This document shows positions 20,901 through 30,199 of a DNA stretch of 64,000 nucleotides, in pieces. The stretch covers positions 22,702-86,701 of the forward strand of contig VXLY01000067.1 of NCBI GenBank assembly GCA_009841335.1, in the 5' to 3' direction. Source of the DNA: Rhodothermaceae bacterium. Lineage in GTDB: Bacteria > Bacteroidota > Rhodothermia > Rhodothermales > Bin80. The notes beneath the pieces are model-generated. The model saw only the letters and a list, made by a program, of their open reading frames with translations, made no database searches and was not told the origin of the DNA. Each line of letters opens with the position of its first letter. The stretch's first letter is position 1. The position numbers and the translations under genes were made by a program.

Positions 20901-21336
20901 CAGTGCCACCGGGTTCCATCCAGATGGTAGAGATTTTGACCGCTACATGTGGTCGCTGCACCTGCCGGAAGACATCTTTGATCAGATGAATGCGGTCGAC
21001 GAGAATTTGTCGTATGCCGACAAACAGGGACTTCCCTATGTATGGGTTCCCGGCGATGATCGGCCAGGTGTATTCCGTCATCCCGATGTAGCCTATCAGC
21101 CAATCGAAGCTTTTAAATCACTTGATGGCGTCAGTGAACCCAATACTGTAGCTTGGTACTGGGCAGCCGACACCGGCACGTATTCTCGCTGGAATGGATC
21201 CAGCTTTGTAGCTGTGCCGGACGGTGAGGTACAGCAGGTACTTGATGACAAAGCATACATTGATATGCCGAACCTGCGGTTCAACACATTCTTGAACAAT
21301 CGTCGACTCACTTTGGGTATTCGTGTAACCTTATAA
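17935..21336 (+). CDS. TonB-dependent receptor with N-terminal carboxypeptidase-regulatory-like domain
   Basis: Signal peptide, GKIDGVVTDAATGETIPGASV, plug VRGGGLNEVAFVVDG and TGGFNAEYGNVRSGIVN, SPRLGISFPI, terminal beta-strand RRLTLGIRVTL. Confidence 0.92.
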   Translation: MRLKGLLGVAVMLILTVPVVFAQQGKIDGVVTDAATGETIPGASVRIEGTTQGTATQVDGYFFINNVRPGTYTLVVSFVGFLDQRVEGIRVSTGLTTTRNIQIREEAVGLEEIVVTSERPIVQLDVSANVASLNPEAFQDLPVAGVSEVLDLQAGIEPGLRVRGGGLNEVAFVVDGMNLRTGRSHQPFTNISYTSLEEVQVQTGGFNAEYGNVRSGIVNVTTKEPSRTRYTFDALYRYQPAQPKSLEGLGGTNLDNCNYSGPVTGDCDSWFVRPFLDPAVAWEGTGNGAWDPYTQNQYNAFEGWNALADRLLNDEGFDVTAQDMQEYFKHTHRKDNEITMPDYEADVTLAGPLVPGLSNRQGVPDAFSSLRFSVSYRGTQTAYIYPQSREAFKNQTFQGKLISNVAPGMKLSVQGMKGVERGINRSQGSADLRMYGGQMPSYPWWGAGAEIVDGINRRGRVILSDGAFPLANVDHTLLGATFTHTLSASTFYEVHLQNIASKYRSHFPNLRDGSYTEDGVFYPVPYTNNFGRLTPAGEANRDQVTCFGGAGDLNGDGVTTPYCVGDEPFGFLGQGGNLLGGAETTGGHWVKTRDTSDVSVFTGRFDLTSQVTRVLQLKTGAELIISDYDLNYKRVNLALVGPEAEADYPLSRQPIQGAAYAQGKLEFQGMIANLGVRIDFFDANTAWWVAENPYDQAFRQRVEGLDELLSKEDPAAQIFISPRLGISFPITQESKLYFNYGHFRQMLNPFDVFGIQQSRNSGIDVMGNPDHPMPQTVAYELGFDQNLFDQYLLRVSGFYRDIRNQPRNVTYNSLGGVVNYAIKQPWNYEDVRGAEITLTKLRGDWVRGFVNYTFLQTKGGNFGYSQFNENTFQQRNYLRTSTDYRIGAPLAEPFARANVLFLTPTSFVPSLLNGSLLGDWRVSLLGEWRAGQKWRWAGGGGAPPELQENVRWRSYVNFDLRFTKHVNTRFGGAQIFLDVSNLFNRRHLYSATGFHPDGRDFDRYMWSLHLPEDIFDQMNAVDENLSYADKQGLPYVWVPGDDRPGVFRHPDVAYQPIEAFKSLDGVSEPNTVAWYWAADTGTYSRWNGSSFVAVPDGEVQQVLDDKAYIDMPNLRFNTFLNNRRLTLGIRVTL

Positions 21337-21348
21337 AAGCTTGAAGCA

Positions 21349-21380
21349 GGGCGCCTGCCTCGGAATCAGGACAGGCGCCC
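21349..21380 (+). other. Intercistronic GC-rich stem-loop
   Basis: GGGCGCCTG...CAGGCGCCC inverted repeat with no U-tract directly after it. Confidence 0.55.
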
Positions 21381-21413
21381 GCTGATGGTTTTCATTTTTA
21401 ATCTAGCAAGCTC

Positions 21414-23756
21414 ATGAAAATCAGTTACTACATGAAAGCACTTTCGGCTGGACTGTTATTGTTCACCTTCGTGCCAATGGCTGCCACGGCCCAGTTCACT
21501 GCACAATGGCTGGATATTGGCACATTCCACAGCACATGGACAGAGTCAGGAGCCCAGCATGAAGGTAATTCGTCTGCCGCGGATGGTATGGAATGGCCCT
21601 CCATTCTGCGTAACAGCAGTCACTTCAGGGCCAAAGCACTTTGGCTGGGTACAAAGGACTGGACAGATGCCAACGGACAATCCTTCCCATACTTCGTAGC
21701 CCGGATTGGTCCTCGGACGGCCGGTGCGGATGTGACGTACCCAGTACAAAATGTGCTTATTAGCAAGACGGAGGACACTGTTGTGGAGGTGGATGGAGCC
21801 CTGTCGTTCGACAATGTCGCTGTTGTTGACGAGATAGATCCAGGGCTTCCGGCCGACCGAATGGTGCATAACGTCCACAATACATATATCGGCGTTACGG
21901 TAGATCGGAGGGCATACGCCTATGTCAATCAGGCTCACGATGACTATAACATCATTGAGTACATTTACACCAACACCGGAAACGTGGACGAAGACGAGGA
22001 TATCGAACTTCCGAATCAGAACTTGAAAGATACGTACTTCTTCCGCATCCACCGGTGGAGGGGAAATCTGCAGGGTGCCTGGACAGTCAGCGGTGGCATG
22101 GTTTGGGGCAAGTTCAGCATGATTGACGTCGTCGGAGATGGACATGCAGAGTACCCGATCACATTTACCTCACAGTACCTGTGGATTGGTATTGATCCTG
22201 AAACACAGGGAGACTATGATCGCTTTGGTGGGTCCCTTTTCAACGAGGCCTGGTGGGCACCTCCGGCTGATTCGATTGGACGCTTGACCGGGGCTAGTTA
22301 CATTGGTCGGGCAACAATTCATGCCGACAACTCGCCCACGGATTCCCGCTACATTCGCTGCACCATGGCTACCATAGAGACCTGTCAGCCTGCGACCATG
22401 GGCTTTATGGACTCTGACGAAGCACTGACAGCTGACGGTAGTTCTCACGAAGATTATTACGAGTGGGGGATTCGGACGCGTGAGAATCCTGACCGTATTG
22501 ATGGTGGGTCCCAGCATATGTGGCCGCATTATGCTGACCGTATTGAGCCTAGCGGCATATTCTGGGAGGCCAAGAATGACGCCTCCACGGGTAAGCAGGG
22601 CGGTCACGCTGTCACGACAGCTTATGGCCCCTACGATTTTGCCCCAGGTGAAAGTGTTCGGCTCGTGGTCGTTGAAGGTGTGGGCGGATTGACCATTGAT
22701 GCCAGTGTCAGGATTGGCAGGGCATTTAAGCTTGGTGGATTGGATCGCGATTCAGACCTGATCCGCTATGATGCAAATGGGGATGGAATGATTCAGACCG
22801 GTACTTTCGATCATTCCATCAATCAGATGGATATGGATGGCGATGGAATGTTTGATACATTCGGCCATGGATTGGAGGAGATGACCAAGAATCAGTGGGT
22901 TGTAACTGCACGTGATTCGATGTTGCAGACGCTGCAGCGGGGAATTAACCTCTATGCAGCCAGCAATAACATGAGTGCTTATCCAATTCCCGAAGCACCT
23001 CATGCTCCCACGACCTTCAGTGTTGTCGGTCGTCCGGACAAAGTTGAAGTCAGATGGACGAATCCTGCGGGGGGACCTTCGCGCACAAAATGGCTACTCT
23101 ATCGGACCTCCCGGTATGAGGACTACATTTACGAAAGCTGCCTGAACCTTGACTCACAGCAGTATACGGATGGCTCAAATCCAAGAGATCCGGCGGATCC
23201 CAGTGCGTCTGGTCAGCAGCACTGCGGCTACGAAATGATCGCGTCGCTGGATGCCGGAGCAAATTCCTATGATGATACAGACCTCAACAGGGGAACGGAC
23301 TACTACTACTATCTACAGGCCGTTGGTGGACCGCAGCCTATGGATCCAGATGGTATTTCTGGAACGCCAACAGGCGCACCACTTCGCAGCTCTCGCTCCC
23401 TCACACAGACCTATCAGCCTGTTAACCTGAAACGCCCCGCGTATGGGTCAACCGGCACTGTGGAGGATGCACGTATCGTACCTAACCCGGTTAATCTCGG
23501 CGCAGATGCTACTGTAAGGTTCGATCAAGAGGACCGTGTTGCATTCTTCAATATCCCGGGTAACTGTACGATCAAGATCTATACCGAGATTGGAGAATTG
23601 GTCCACACCATTGAGCATAATGACGGTAGTGGTGATGAGCTATGGAACTTGACCACCACATCTCGTCAGTTGCTTGTGAGCGGTATCTACATTGCTGTTA
23701 TTTCAGACAATGACACGGGTGACGAAGCGATTCGAAAATTCACGGTAATCCGGTAG
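21414..23756 (+). CDS. Large secreted protein with FN3-like domain and T9SS-like C-terminal sorting domain
   Basis: Signal peptide ending ATA-Q; FN3-like KVEVRW...SYDDTDLNRGTDYYYYLQAV; CTD ARIVPNP...NCTIKIYTEIGELV...WN...SGIYI...KFTVIR; DxDxDG motifs. Confidence 0.75.
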   Translation: MKISYYMKALSAGLLLFTFVPMAATAQFTAQWLDIGTFHSTWTESGAQHEGNSSAADGMEWPSILRNSSHFRAKALWLGTKDWTDANGQSFPYFVARIGPRTAGADVTYPVQNVLISKTEDTVVEVDGALSFDNVAVVDEIDPGLPADRMVHNVHNTYIGVTVDRRAYAYVNQAHDDYNIIEYIYTNTGNVDEDEDIELPNQNLKDTYFFRIHRWRGNLQGAWTVSGGMVWGKFSMIDVVGDGHAEYPITFTSQYLWIGIDPETQGDYDRFGGSLFNEAWWAPPADSIGRLTGASYIGRATIHADNSPTDSRYIRCTMATIETCQPATMGFMDSDEALTADGSSHEDYYEWGIRTRENPDRIDGGSQHMWPHYADRIEPSGIFWEAKNDASTGKQGGHAVTTAYGPYDFAPGESVRLVVVEGVGGLTIDASVRIGRAFKLGGLDRDSDLIRYDANGDGMIQTGTFDHSINQMDMDGDGMFDTFGHGLEEMTKNQWVVTARDSMLQTLQRGINLYAASNNMSAYPIPEAPHAPTTFSVVGRPDKVEVRWTNPAGGPSRTKWLLYRTSRYEDYIYESCLNLDSQQYTDGSNPRDPADPSASGQQHCGYEMIASLDAGANSYDDTDLNRGTDYYYYLQAVGGPQPMDPDGISGTPTGAPLRSSRSLTQTYQPVNLKRPAYGSTGTVEDARIVPNPVNLGADATVRFDQEDRVAFFNIPGNCTIKIYTEIGELVHTIEHNDGSGDELWNLTTTSRQLLVSGIYIAVISDNDTGDEAIRKFTVIR

Positions 23757-23764
23757 CTGTGTTA

Positions 23765-23801
23765 GCAAGGCGCTCTGGCTGCACAGGGCAGAGCGCCTTG
23801 C
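23765..23801 (+). other. Intercistronic stem-loop
   Basis: Perfect 13-bp arms GCAAGGCGCTCTG / CAGAGCGCCTTGC. Confidence 0.6.
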
Positions 23802-23831
23802 AACACGCAACCCTATAAGACAAACGATGCA

Positions 23832-24899
23832 ATGAAAAAGCACTACTTCTTTTCAATACTGACGGTCGCCGCACTCCTGCTTGGCAGTGCTTCGATTACA
23901 TATGGTCAGGCAGGCCTAACCCCGGATACTGAGGTGGAAACGGACAAGCGCGCCCAGACCGGAATGAAATTCCTGAGCACATCGGTGGATGCCCGCGCTT
24001 CTGCTATTGGTTCAGCGCTGACTGCCGAGATGGTCGGTTCTTCGACTTCAATGTTCTACAATCCTGCGAGTATGGGCTTCATGGTGGGGCGTATGCATGC
24101 AGCTGCAACCAGTATGAGCTTTATCGCAGATATCGGCTATACACAGGCCAGTATTGCGTTCCGTCCTGGTTCAGGGGGCAACTTTGGTGTAGTTGGTGTA
24201 TCACTGGTTTCGGTGGATTATGGCGACTTCAACTATAACGTTCGTGCCAACAATGAAGATGGATTTGTGCAGTTGGGAACCTATCAACCCACGGCCATGG
24301 CTGTGGGCCTGGGGTACGCCAGATCATTTGGTGACCGTTTCTCGGCGGGCGCCAACGTTAAGCTCGTTTTCCAGGATCTAGGTTCAGGATTTGCGACTTC
24401 CCAGGAATTTGATACCGGGGCTGTTACTACAACAGAGGACTACAGCGCACAGACAGTAGCATTTGATTTCGGTATTGTGTATGCCACCGGGTTTGAGAGC
24501 TTGGTTATCGGAATGAGCGCGCGTAACTTTGCCCAGGAGCAAACCTATGTGCGGGAAAGGTTTGAGTTGCCGCTGACCTTCCAGATCGGAATGTCAATGA
24601 ACTTGGTTGACCTTACCTCCATGGATCCAGACATGCACAGCATTCAGCTTCATGTCGATGCCCAGCGTCCCAGAGACTTTTCTGAGCATGTTCGTTTCGG
24701 AGTGGAATACACACTTATGGATATAGTGTCCATTCGAGGTGGGTTTGAGCAACTGGGCGTGAGCGAAGAGCAGGGATTGAGTGCTGGCGCCGGACTTCGG
24801 TATGAGTTCGGAAACGTCCGTGTTGGGGCAGACTACGCATATACCCAGTTTGGTGTCTTCGGCACGGTGAACCGCATTGGCCTCCAGATTGGTCTCTAA
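23832..24899 (+). CDS. PorV/PorQ-family outer-membrane beta-barrel
   Basis: AQTGMKFLSTSVDARASAIG, SMFYNPA, AVGLGYAR...FSAGANVK, DYAYTQFGVFGTVNRIGLQIGL. Confidence 0.85.
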   Translation: MKKHYFFSILTVAALLLGSASITYGQAGLTPDTEVETDKRAQTGMKFLSTSVDARASAIGSALTAEMVGSSTSMFYNPASMGFMVGRMHAAATSMSFIADIGYTQASIAFRPGSGGNFGVVGVSLVSVDYGDFNYNVRANNEDGFVQLGTYQPTAMAVGLGYARSFGDRFSAGANVKLVFQDLGSGFATSQEFDTGAVTTTEDYSAQTVAFDFGIVYATGFESLVIGMSARNFAQEQTYVRERFELPLTFQIGMSMNLVDLTSMDPDMHSIQLHVDAQRPRDFSEHVRFGVEYTLMDIVSIRGGFEQLGVSEEQGLSAGAGLRYEFGNVRVGADYAYTQFGVFGTVNRIGLQIGL

Positions 24900-24944
24900 A
24901 ACGAAAAATCAATTCATTCCTGAGTAACTAGTATTCAGGTTAAT

Positions 24945-24984
24945 AGCGGAGAATTGGGGTTATGCTCCAATTCTCCGCTTTTTT
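24945..24984 (+). terminator. Rho-independent terminator after the PorV-family gene
   Basis: 13-bp stem AGCGGAGAATTGG / CCAATTCTCCGCT followed by a T run. Confidence 0.8.
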
Positions 24985-24990
24985 CTAGAG

Positions 24991-26706
24991 ATGAGATATT
25001 CGGTCGACCACGTACTCATCTGTGGAGTGGCTTGTGTGATTGCGGCATTGTCTGGATGTGAGAACGCTCCGCCCCCCGAGCTCTCCGACAAACCCATTGG
25101 TTTCACCGAGGTCACCGCCGACGCGGGCCTTGGAGCCTTCCGACATGATAACGGTGCGGATGGAAAGAAATACTACGCGGAGCAAATGGGGTCAGGTGCA
25201 GGATTTATTGACTATGACGGCGATGGCTGGCTAGACATCTTGCTTCTGGGCGGCGGGTACTGGGATCGCGCCCCGCATGCGTGGTACCAATCATTTTGGA
25301 TGTATCGCAATATGGGGGATGGCACATTTGAGGAGGTAACGGACGAGGTGGGCTTGGGGCAACTTTATGCCTTCACGCTTGGCGTGGCAACAGCTGACTT
25401 CGACAATGACGGAGACCAGGATATTCTGGTGACGAATCTCAATGAAAACATGCTCTTGGAAAACAAGGGCGGTGTGTTTGAACACATAAAATCGAGTCTA
25501 GGCTTCCACGATGAATGGAGTAGCTCAGCGCTGTGGATAGATACTAATCGTGATGGATGGCTGGATGTTTACGTAGGCAATTACGCAGACTGGAGCCCGA
25601 CGCGCGACAAGTTCTGCCCCGAGGGGGGTATGGTTAAGCTCTACTGCGTTCCCGCGGATTATGAGGGCATATCCAGTCGGTACTTTGAAGCCAGGGGTGA
25701 TGGCGTGTTCGTTGAGCGAACGCACGAGGCCGGTATTTACCACCCGCTGGGAAAGGCCCTTGGTATGGCAGAGTGGGATTTCGATCGTGATGGCTGGCCC
25801 GACTTTGTTGTGGCTAATGATGGTGAAGGAGACCTGCTGTTCATGAACAATCAGGACGGCACATATTCCGAGCGAGGGGTACAGAGTGGGATCGCTTTCA
25901 GTGAGCATGGGGAGGCCCGTGCAGGAATGGGTATTGATATTGGGGTGATGGATGAAACCGGAGAACCATCAGTTTTTGTGGGTAACTTTTCCACGGAAAT
26001 GATCGGTGTGTACCGTTATTTGGGCAACGGGCTGTTTAGCGATCGCGCGGCCAGGTCCCGTATTGGTCAACCGAGCCTGAATACGCTCACCTTCGGATTA
26101 ATGGTGCTCGATGTCGACCTGGATGGCGACCTGGACTTGTTTGTTGCAAACGGACACGTATATCCAGATCGGTTGGTAGGGCAGGATAAGATTACCTATG
26201 AACAGCGGGCACAGTTGTTCGAGAACGTTGGCAGCGGATTCTTTGAAGAGGTCTCCCCTTCAACGACGCCACCTCTGGAGATAGAAATGGTTGCTCGAGG
26301 TGCGGCCTACGGAGATTATGACCGTGATGGTGACCCGGATATCTTGATCGTCGAGAACGGCGGTCCGGCGCGTTTATGGCGCAATGATGTGACTGGGCGG
26401 AATTGGTTACGCGTTACTGTTACGGGGACCGAGGGGAATCGCGATGCCTTTGGTACTCACGTCCGCGTGTATGCGGGAGATCGGATTCAGGAGCGTCGCA
26501 TTCGTTCGGGGTCCAGTTATCTCTCCCAAAATGAGGTGGTTGCTACATTTGGCTTGATGGATAGTCAGGCAATTGACAGCGTTCGTGTGGATTGGGCCGC
26601 CGGAGGCTCCCTGACACTGCAGGATGTGCCCATCAACACAGAGGTTCACGTTACTGAGGGTCAGCAGGGTTGGATCGAACGTTCGATGCCCGGGGCGGCC
26701 AAATAG
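24991..26706 (+). CDS. CRTAC1-family lipoprotein (FG-GAP/VCBS repeats + ASPIC/UnbV), copy 1
   Basis: Lipobox LSG-C, repeated DYDGDGWLD-type motifs, RGAAYGDYDRDGD, SGSSYLSQ. Confidence 0.88.
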   Translation: MRYSVDHVLICGVACVIAALSGCENAPPPELSDKPIGFTEVTADAGLGAFRHDNGADGKKYYAEQMGSGAGFIDYDGDGWLDILLLGGGYWDRAPHAWYQSFWMYRNMGDGTFEEVTDEVGLGQLYAFTLGVATADFDNDGDQDILVTNLNENMLLENKGGVFEHIKSSLGFHDEWSSSALWIDTNRDGWLDVYVGNYADWSPTRDKFCPEGGMVKLYCVPADYEGISSRYFEARGDGVFVERTHEAGIYHPLGKALGMAEWDFDRDGWPDFVVANDGEGDLLFMNNQDGTYSERGVQSGIAFSEHGEARAGMGIDIGVMDETGEPSVFVGNFSTEMIGVYRYLGNGLFSDRAARSRIGQPSLNTLTFGLMVLDVDLDGDLDLFVANGHVYPDRLVGQDKITYEQRAQLFENVGSGFFEEVSPSTTPPLEIEMVARGAAYGDYDRDGDPDILIVENGGPARLWRNDVTGRNWLRVTVTGTEGNRDAFGTHVRVYAGDRIQERRIRSGSSYLSQNEVVATFGLMDSQAIDSVRVDWAAGGSLTLQDVPINTEVHVTEGQQGWIERSMPGAAK

Positions 26707-26708
26707 CG

Positions 26709-28373
26709 ATGCGGAACTCAGGCTTGCTTTTTTTGTGTTTATTGTTTCTCGTCGGATGTGCAACCCGGCCATCGGAGGACTCAGATGACACGGGTCACCT
26801 GTTTACTGATGTGACAGAACAGGCAGGACTGAGCGGAGTACTGCACACGAATGGTGGTTTCGGAGATTCCTGGGCACCGGAAATAGTTGGTGCGGGTGGG
26901 GCGTTTATTGATTATGACGGCGATGACCAGCAGGATATTCTTGTAGTTACCGGCGGTGCATTCGAGGGAGAACCTCCACTTGGTGCGCATCCAGCGCTGA
27001 GACTTTTTCGCAATATGGGAAATGGAACGTTTGCTGAGGTTACGCAGCCTGCTGGTTTGGCACTCTTGCGCAGCTATAGCCTAGGGGTAACGATCGGAGA
27101 CTACGACAATGATGGGGATCAGGATATCTATGTGACAAATCTAGGCCCAGACTTGTTGTTACGTAACACTGATGGTGTATTCGAGGATGTTGGCCAGGCA
27201 GCAGGTGTGGGCGTAATAAGTGAGTGGAGTACTAGCGCAATGTTCTTTGATGCCAATCTTGATGGGCATCTAGATATCTATGTTGGAACGTATGTACACT
27301 GGACGCCCGAAGATGATATTTACTGCAGTTTTGGTGGAAGCAAAGTTTACTGTACTCCCGAACTCTATGAGGGTATTGCGAGTCGCTACTATGAAAACCA
27401 GGGTGATGGTACGTTTACAGAAGCTACGGCAAGAGCGGGTTTCCTGACGGGTGTGGAGGCCATCCGGGATAAGACACTGGGGGTCGCGGAGATGGATGCG
27501 AACGGTGATGGGTGGCCTGACGTAGTTGTGGCTAACGACACAGAACGAGATATGCTCTTCATTAATCAGGGCAATGGTTCGTTCATTGAACGCGGAATCA
27601 CGAGTGGAATAGCCTACGATCAGCACGGCAAACCCAGGGCGGGTATGGGCATAGATGTTGGCGTCGTGGATGATTCTGGGGAGCCCTCCATATTCGTCGG
27701 AAATTTTTCGGATGAGATGGTGGGTGTATACCAGCACATGGGAGGCGGCATTTTCAGGGATCGGGCATCGGCCTCACGTATAGGGCAACCTAGCTTCAAG
27801 ACATTAACTTTTGGTTTAGTGCTTTTTGACGTAGACCTGGATGCAGATTTGGATCTGTTGATTGCGAATGGACATGTGCAGACGCACATTGCACAGATTG
27901 TGGACGGTGTCACTTTTCGTCAGCGACCTCAGTTGTTCCTGAATGATGGGACAGGGATATTTGCTGAGATGCCACCAGCCGGTTTATTAGCTGAATCCTT
28001 TGTAGGGCGTGGGCTTGCCACTGGGGACTATGATCGGGATGGGGATTTAGACGTGTTAATAGTAGAAAACAATGGTCCGATACACCTCTGGCGCAATGAA
28101 TCACAGGGGCGATCATGGCTTCGGGTTGAACTCATAGGCACGGAAAGCAACCGAAATGCATATGGCGCTCAGCTCCACCTCTGGACAAATGGCCAGATGC
28201 AGGTTCGGCGCATACGCGCGGGATCAAGCTATCTTTCTCATTCAGAAACAGCAGCGTTCTTTGGATTTGACGGCACTCCAGACAGTTTGCACATACGGTG
28301 GCCAAGCGGCAAAGAATCTCGGGAACATGAATTGGGGATAAATTCCAGACTACTAATTGTAGAAGATGAGTAG
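26709..28373 (+). CDS. CRTAC1-family lipoprotein, copy 2
   Basis: Likely start MRNSGLLF at 26709, lipobox LVG-C, FG-GAP repeats, AGSSYLSH. Confidence 0.88.
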   Translation: MRNSGLLFLCLLFLVGCATRPSEDSDDTGHLFTDVTEQAGLSGVLHTNGGFGDSWAPEIVGAGGAFIDYDGDDQQDILVVTGGAFEGEPPLGAHPALRLFRNMGNGTFAEVTQPAGLALLRSYSLGVTIGDYDNDGDQDIYVTNLGPDLLLRNTDGVFEDVGQAAGVGVISEWSTSAMFFDANLDGHLDIYVGTYVHWTPEDDIYCSFGGSKVYCTPELYEGIASRYYENQGDGTFTEATARAGFLTGVEAIRDKTLGVAEMDANGDGWPDVVVANDTERDMLFINQGNGSFIERGITSGIAYDQHGKPRAGMGIDVGVVDDSGEPSIFVGNFSDEMVGVYQHMGGGIFRDRASASRIGQPSFKTLTFGLVLFDVDLDADLDLLIANGHVQTHIAQIVDGVTFRQRPQLFLNDGTGIFAEMPPAGLLAESFVGRGLATGDYDRDGDLDVLIVENNGPIHLWRNESQGRSWLRVELIGTESNRNAYGAQLHLWTNGQMQVRRIRAGSSYLSHSETAAFFGFDGTPDSLHIRWPSGKESREHELGINSRLLIVEDE

Positions 28374-30042
28374 TTCAAGGATTGTCAAGACCGGCCTAAT
28401 GATTGCGTTGTTCGTTTCGGCGGGCTGTGGATCCGAAACAGATGAAGAAGCTCCGGAAGTTGGCAGGCGTACGGTTGAGATCGTATTTACTGACGTAACT
28501 GAAGAGTCGGGTTTGGGGGACTTCCAGCATGAAACAGGTGCTTTCGGAGAAAAGTGGTTTCCAGAGACAATGGGGGCAGGCGGCGGCTTCCTGGATTATG
28601 ACAGCGATGGGATTCTGGATGTATTGCTTGTTTCAGGCGGGTTTTTTTCGTCAGGAGAGCAGGTGTCGCCACCAACGCTCCGACTGTATAAGGGCATTGG
28701 AGACGGTACGTTTTCAGATGTCACACAGGAGTCTGGATTGGCAGGATTACAGGCCTACGCCTTTGGCGTTAGCGTTGCGGATTATGATAATGATACTGAT
28801 GCAGACATTTTCGTCACCGCACTGTACGAGAACCTCCTGCTTCGTAATGATGAGGGTGTATTTAGCGAAGTCAGTGCAGAAGCAGGGTTGGGAGGCTATC
28901 GGGAGTGGAGTGCAGCCGGTGTGTTTATGGATGCAAATTTAGACGGATGGCTTGACCTTTATGTGGGAAACTATGTTGACTGGACGCCGGAAAAAGATAT
29001 TTACTGCACACGTGTCGGAGATAAGAAATCCTATTGCACACCGGAGCAGTATGAGGGGATATCAGGTCGCTTTTATGTCAACCTAGGCGACGGGACATTT
29101 GAAGAGCAATCAGACGATTTCAGGGGTTTGCCTGGAAAGACACTTGGAGCAGCCAGTTTGGACTACAACAGAGATGGGTGGTCGGATTTGATTGTGGCAA
29201 ACGATACGCAACGGGATTTGCTTTTCGAAAATCAACGGGATGGGACATTCATTGAAAAAGGCATCGTAAGTGGCATTGCGTTTGATGAGACCGGGCGGGC
29301 GCGTGCCGGTATGGGACTTGATGTAGGTGTTGTAGACGAAACTGGCAGAGAAACAGTGTTTGTGGGGCATTTTTCGGGCGAGATGGTTGGTGTTTACCGT
29401 CACGCGGGTAGTGGTATTTTTATCGAACGGGCAGCCGTTTCCCAGATTGGACGTCCCAGTTTACCTACACTTACCTTCGGTCTCTTGCTTGCTGATTTTG
29501 ATCTGGACGGGGATCTGGACCTTTTGACGGCGAACGGCCACATAACTGAAGATATCGGAGAGGTGGAGGAGGGCATAACTTTCCGGCAGCGGACACAACT
29601 TTACGTGAACGAAGGGGGTGGTCTATTTTCCGAGATTGAGGCAAGTGGCGCTCTGGCAGAACATATGGTAGCCCGGGGCGCAGCCTGGGCGGATTATGAT
29701 ATGGATGGAGATCCAGACGTGCTTATCAGTGAGAATGGAGGGCCTGCTCGCCTCTGGCGCAATGACACGCAGCCCGGTAGTTCATTAATCGTTCAATTGA
29801 CAGGTAACAGCAGTAATCGCGATGGCATTGGCAGTCGCGTCCGTGTGAAAACAGATCAGGGATGGCAGGAGCGTTATGTGAGAGGAGGCGCAAGCTATCT
29901 TTCGCAAAACCAGCAATGGCCGCTTTTTGGGCTTGGGTTGTCTGCTGTTGCTGATTCCTTGGAGGTATATTGGCCTGATGGTACTTTGACTGTACGAGAG
30001 GCAGTACCAGCAGGAGTGATCAAATTAACTGAAGAATCATAG
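28366..30042 (+). CDS. CRTAC1-family lipoprotein, copy 3
   Basis: Lipobox SAG-C, FG-GAP repeats, RGAAWADYDMDGD, GGASYLSQ. Confidence 0.88.
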   Translation: MSSSRIVKTGLMIALFVSAGCGSETDEEAPEVGRRTVEIVFTDVTEESGLGDFQHETGAFGEKWFPETMGAGGGFLDYDSDGILDVLLVSGGFFSSGEQVSPPTLRLYKGIGDGTFSDVTQESGLAGLQAYAFGVSVADYDNDTDADIFVTALYENLLLRNDEGVFSEVSAEAGLGGYREWSAAGVFMDANLDGWLDLYVGNYVDWTPEKDIYCTRVGDKKSYCTPEQYEGISGRFYVNLGDGTFEEQSDDFRGLPGKTLGAASLDYNRDGWSDLIVANDTQRDLLFENQRDGTFIEKGIVSGIAFDETGRARAGMGLDVGVVDETGRETVFVGHFSGEMVGVYRHAGSGIFIERAAVSQIGRPSLPTLTFGLLLADFDLDGDLDLLTANGHITEDIGEVEEGITFRQRTQLYVNEGGGLFSEIEASGALAEHMVARGAAWADYDMDGDPDVLISENGGPARLWRNDTQPGSSLIVQLTGNSSNRDGIGSRVRVKTDQGWQERYVRGGASYLSQNQQWPLFGLGLSAVADSLEVYWPDGTLTVREAVPAGVIKLTEES

Positions 30043-30199
30043 CCTATTCATAAATATCCTATTGAAACCGGATACGCGCGTCTGCATAAGCTTCTAGGAT
30101 CCACATACCAGGATAAGGCATCGGTGGGGTATGCATATAGTGCCATCGTCCGGTGGTGACCTGGTTGCGACGATTTGAAATGATTCCTTCCACGGTACA

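Noticed and set aside
24991-30042. UnbV-domain genes as an enediyne biosynthetic cluster
   Set aside because: No PKS, thioesterase or other enediyne cassette genes are present, and the proteins are lipoproteins in an uptake context.
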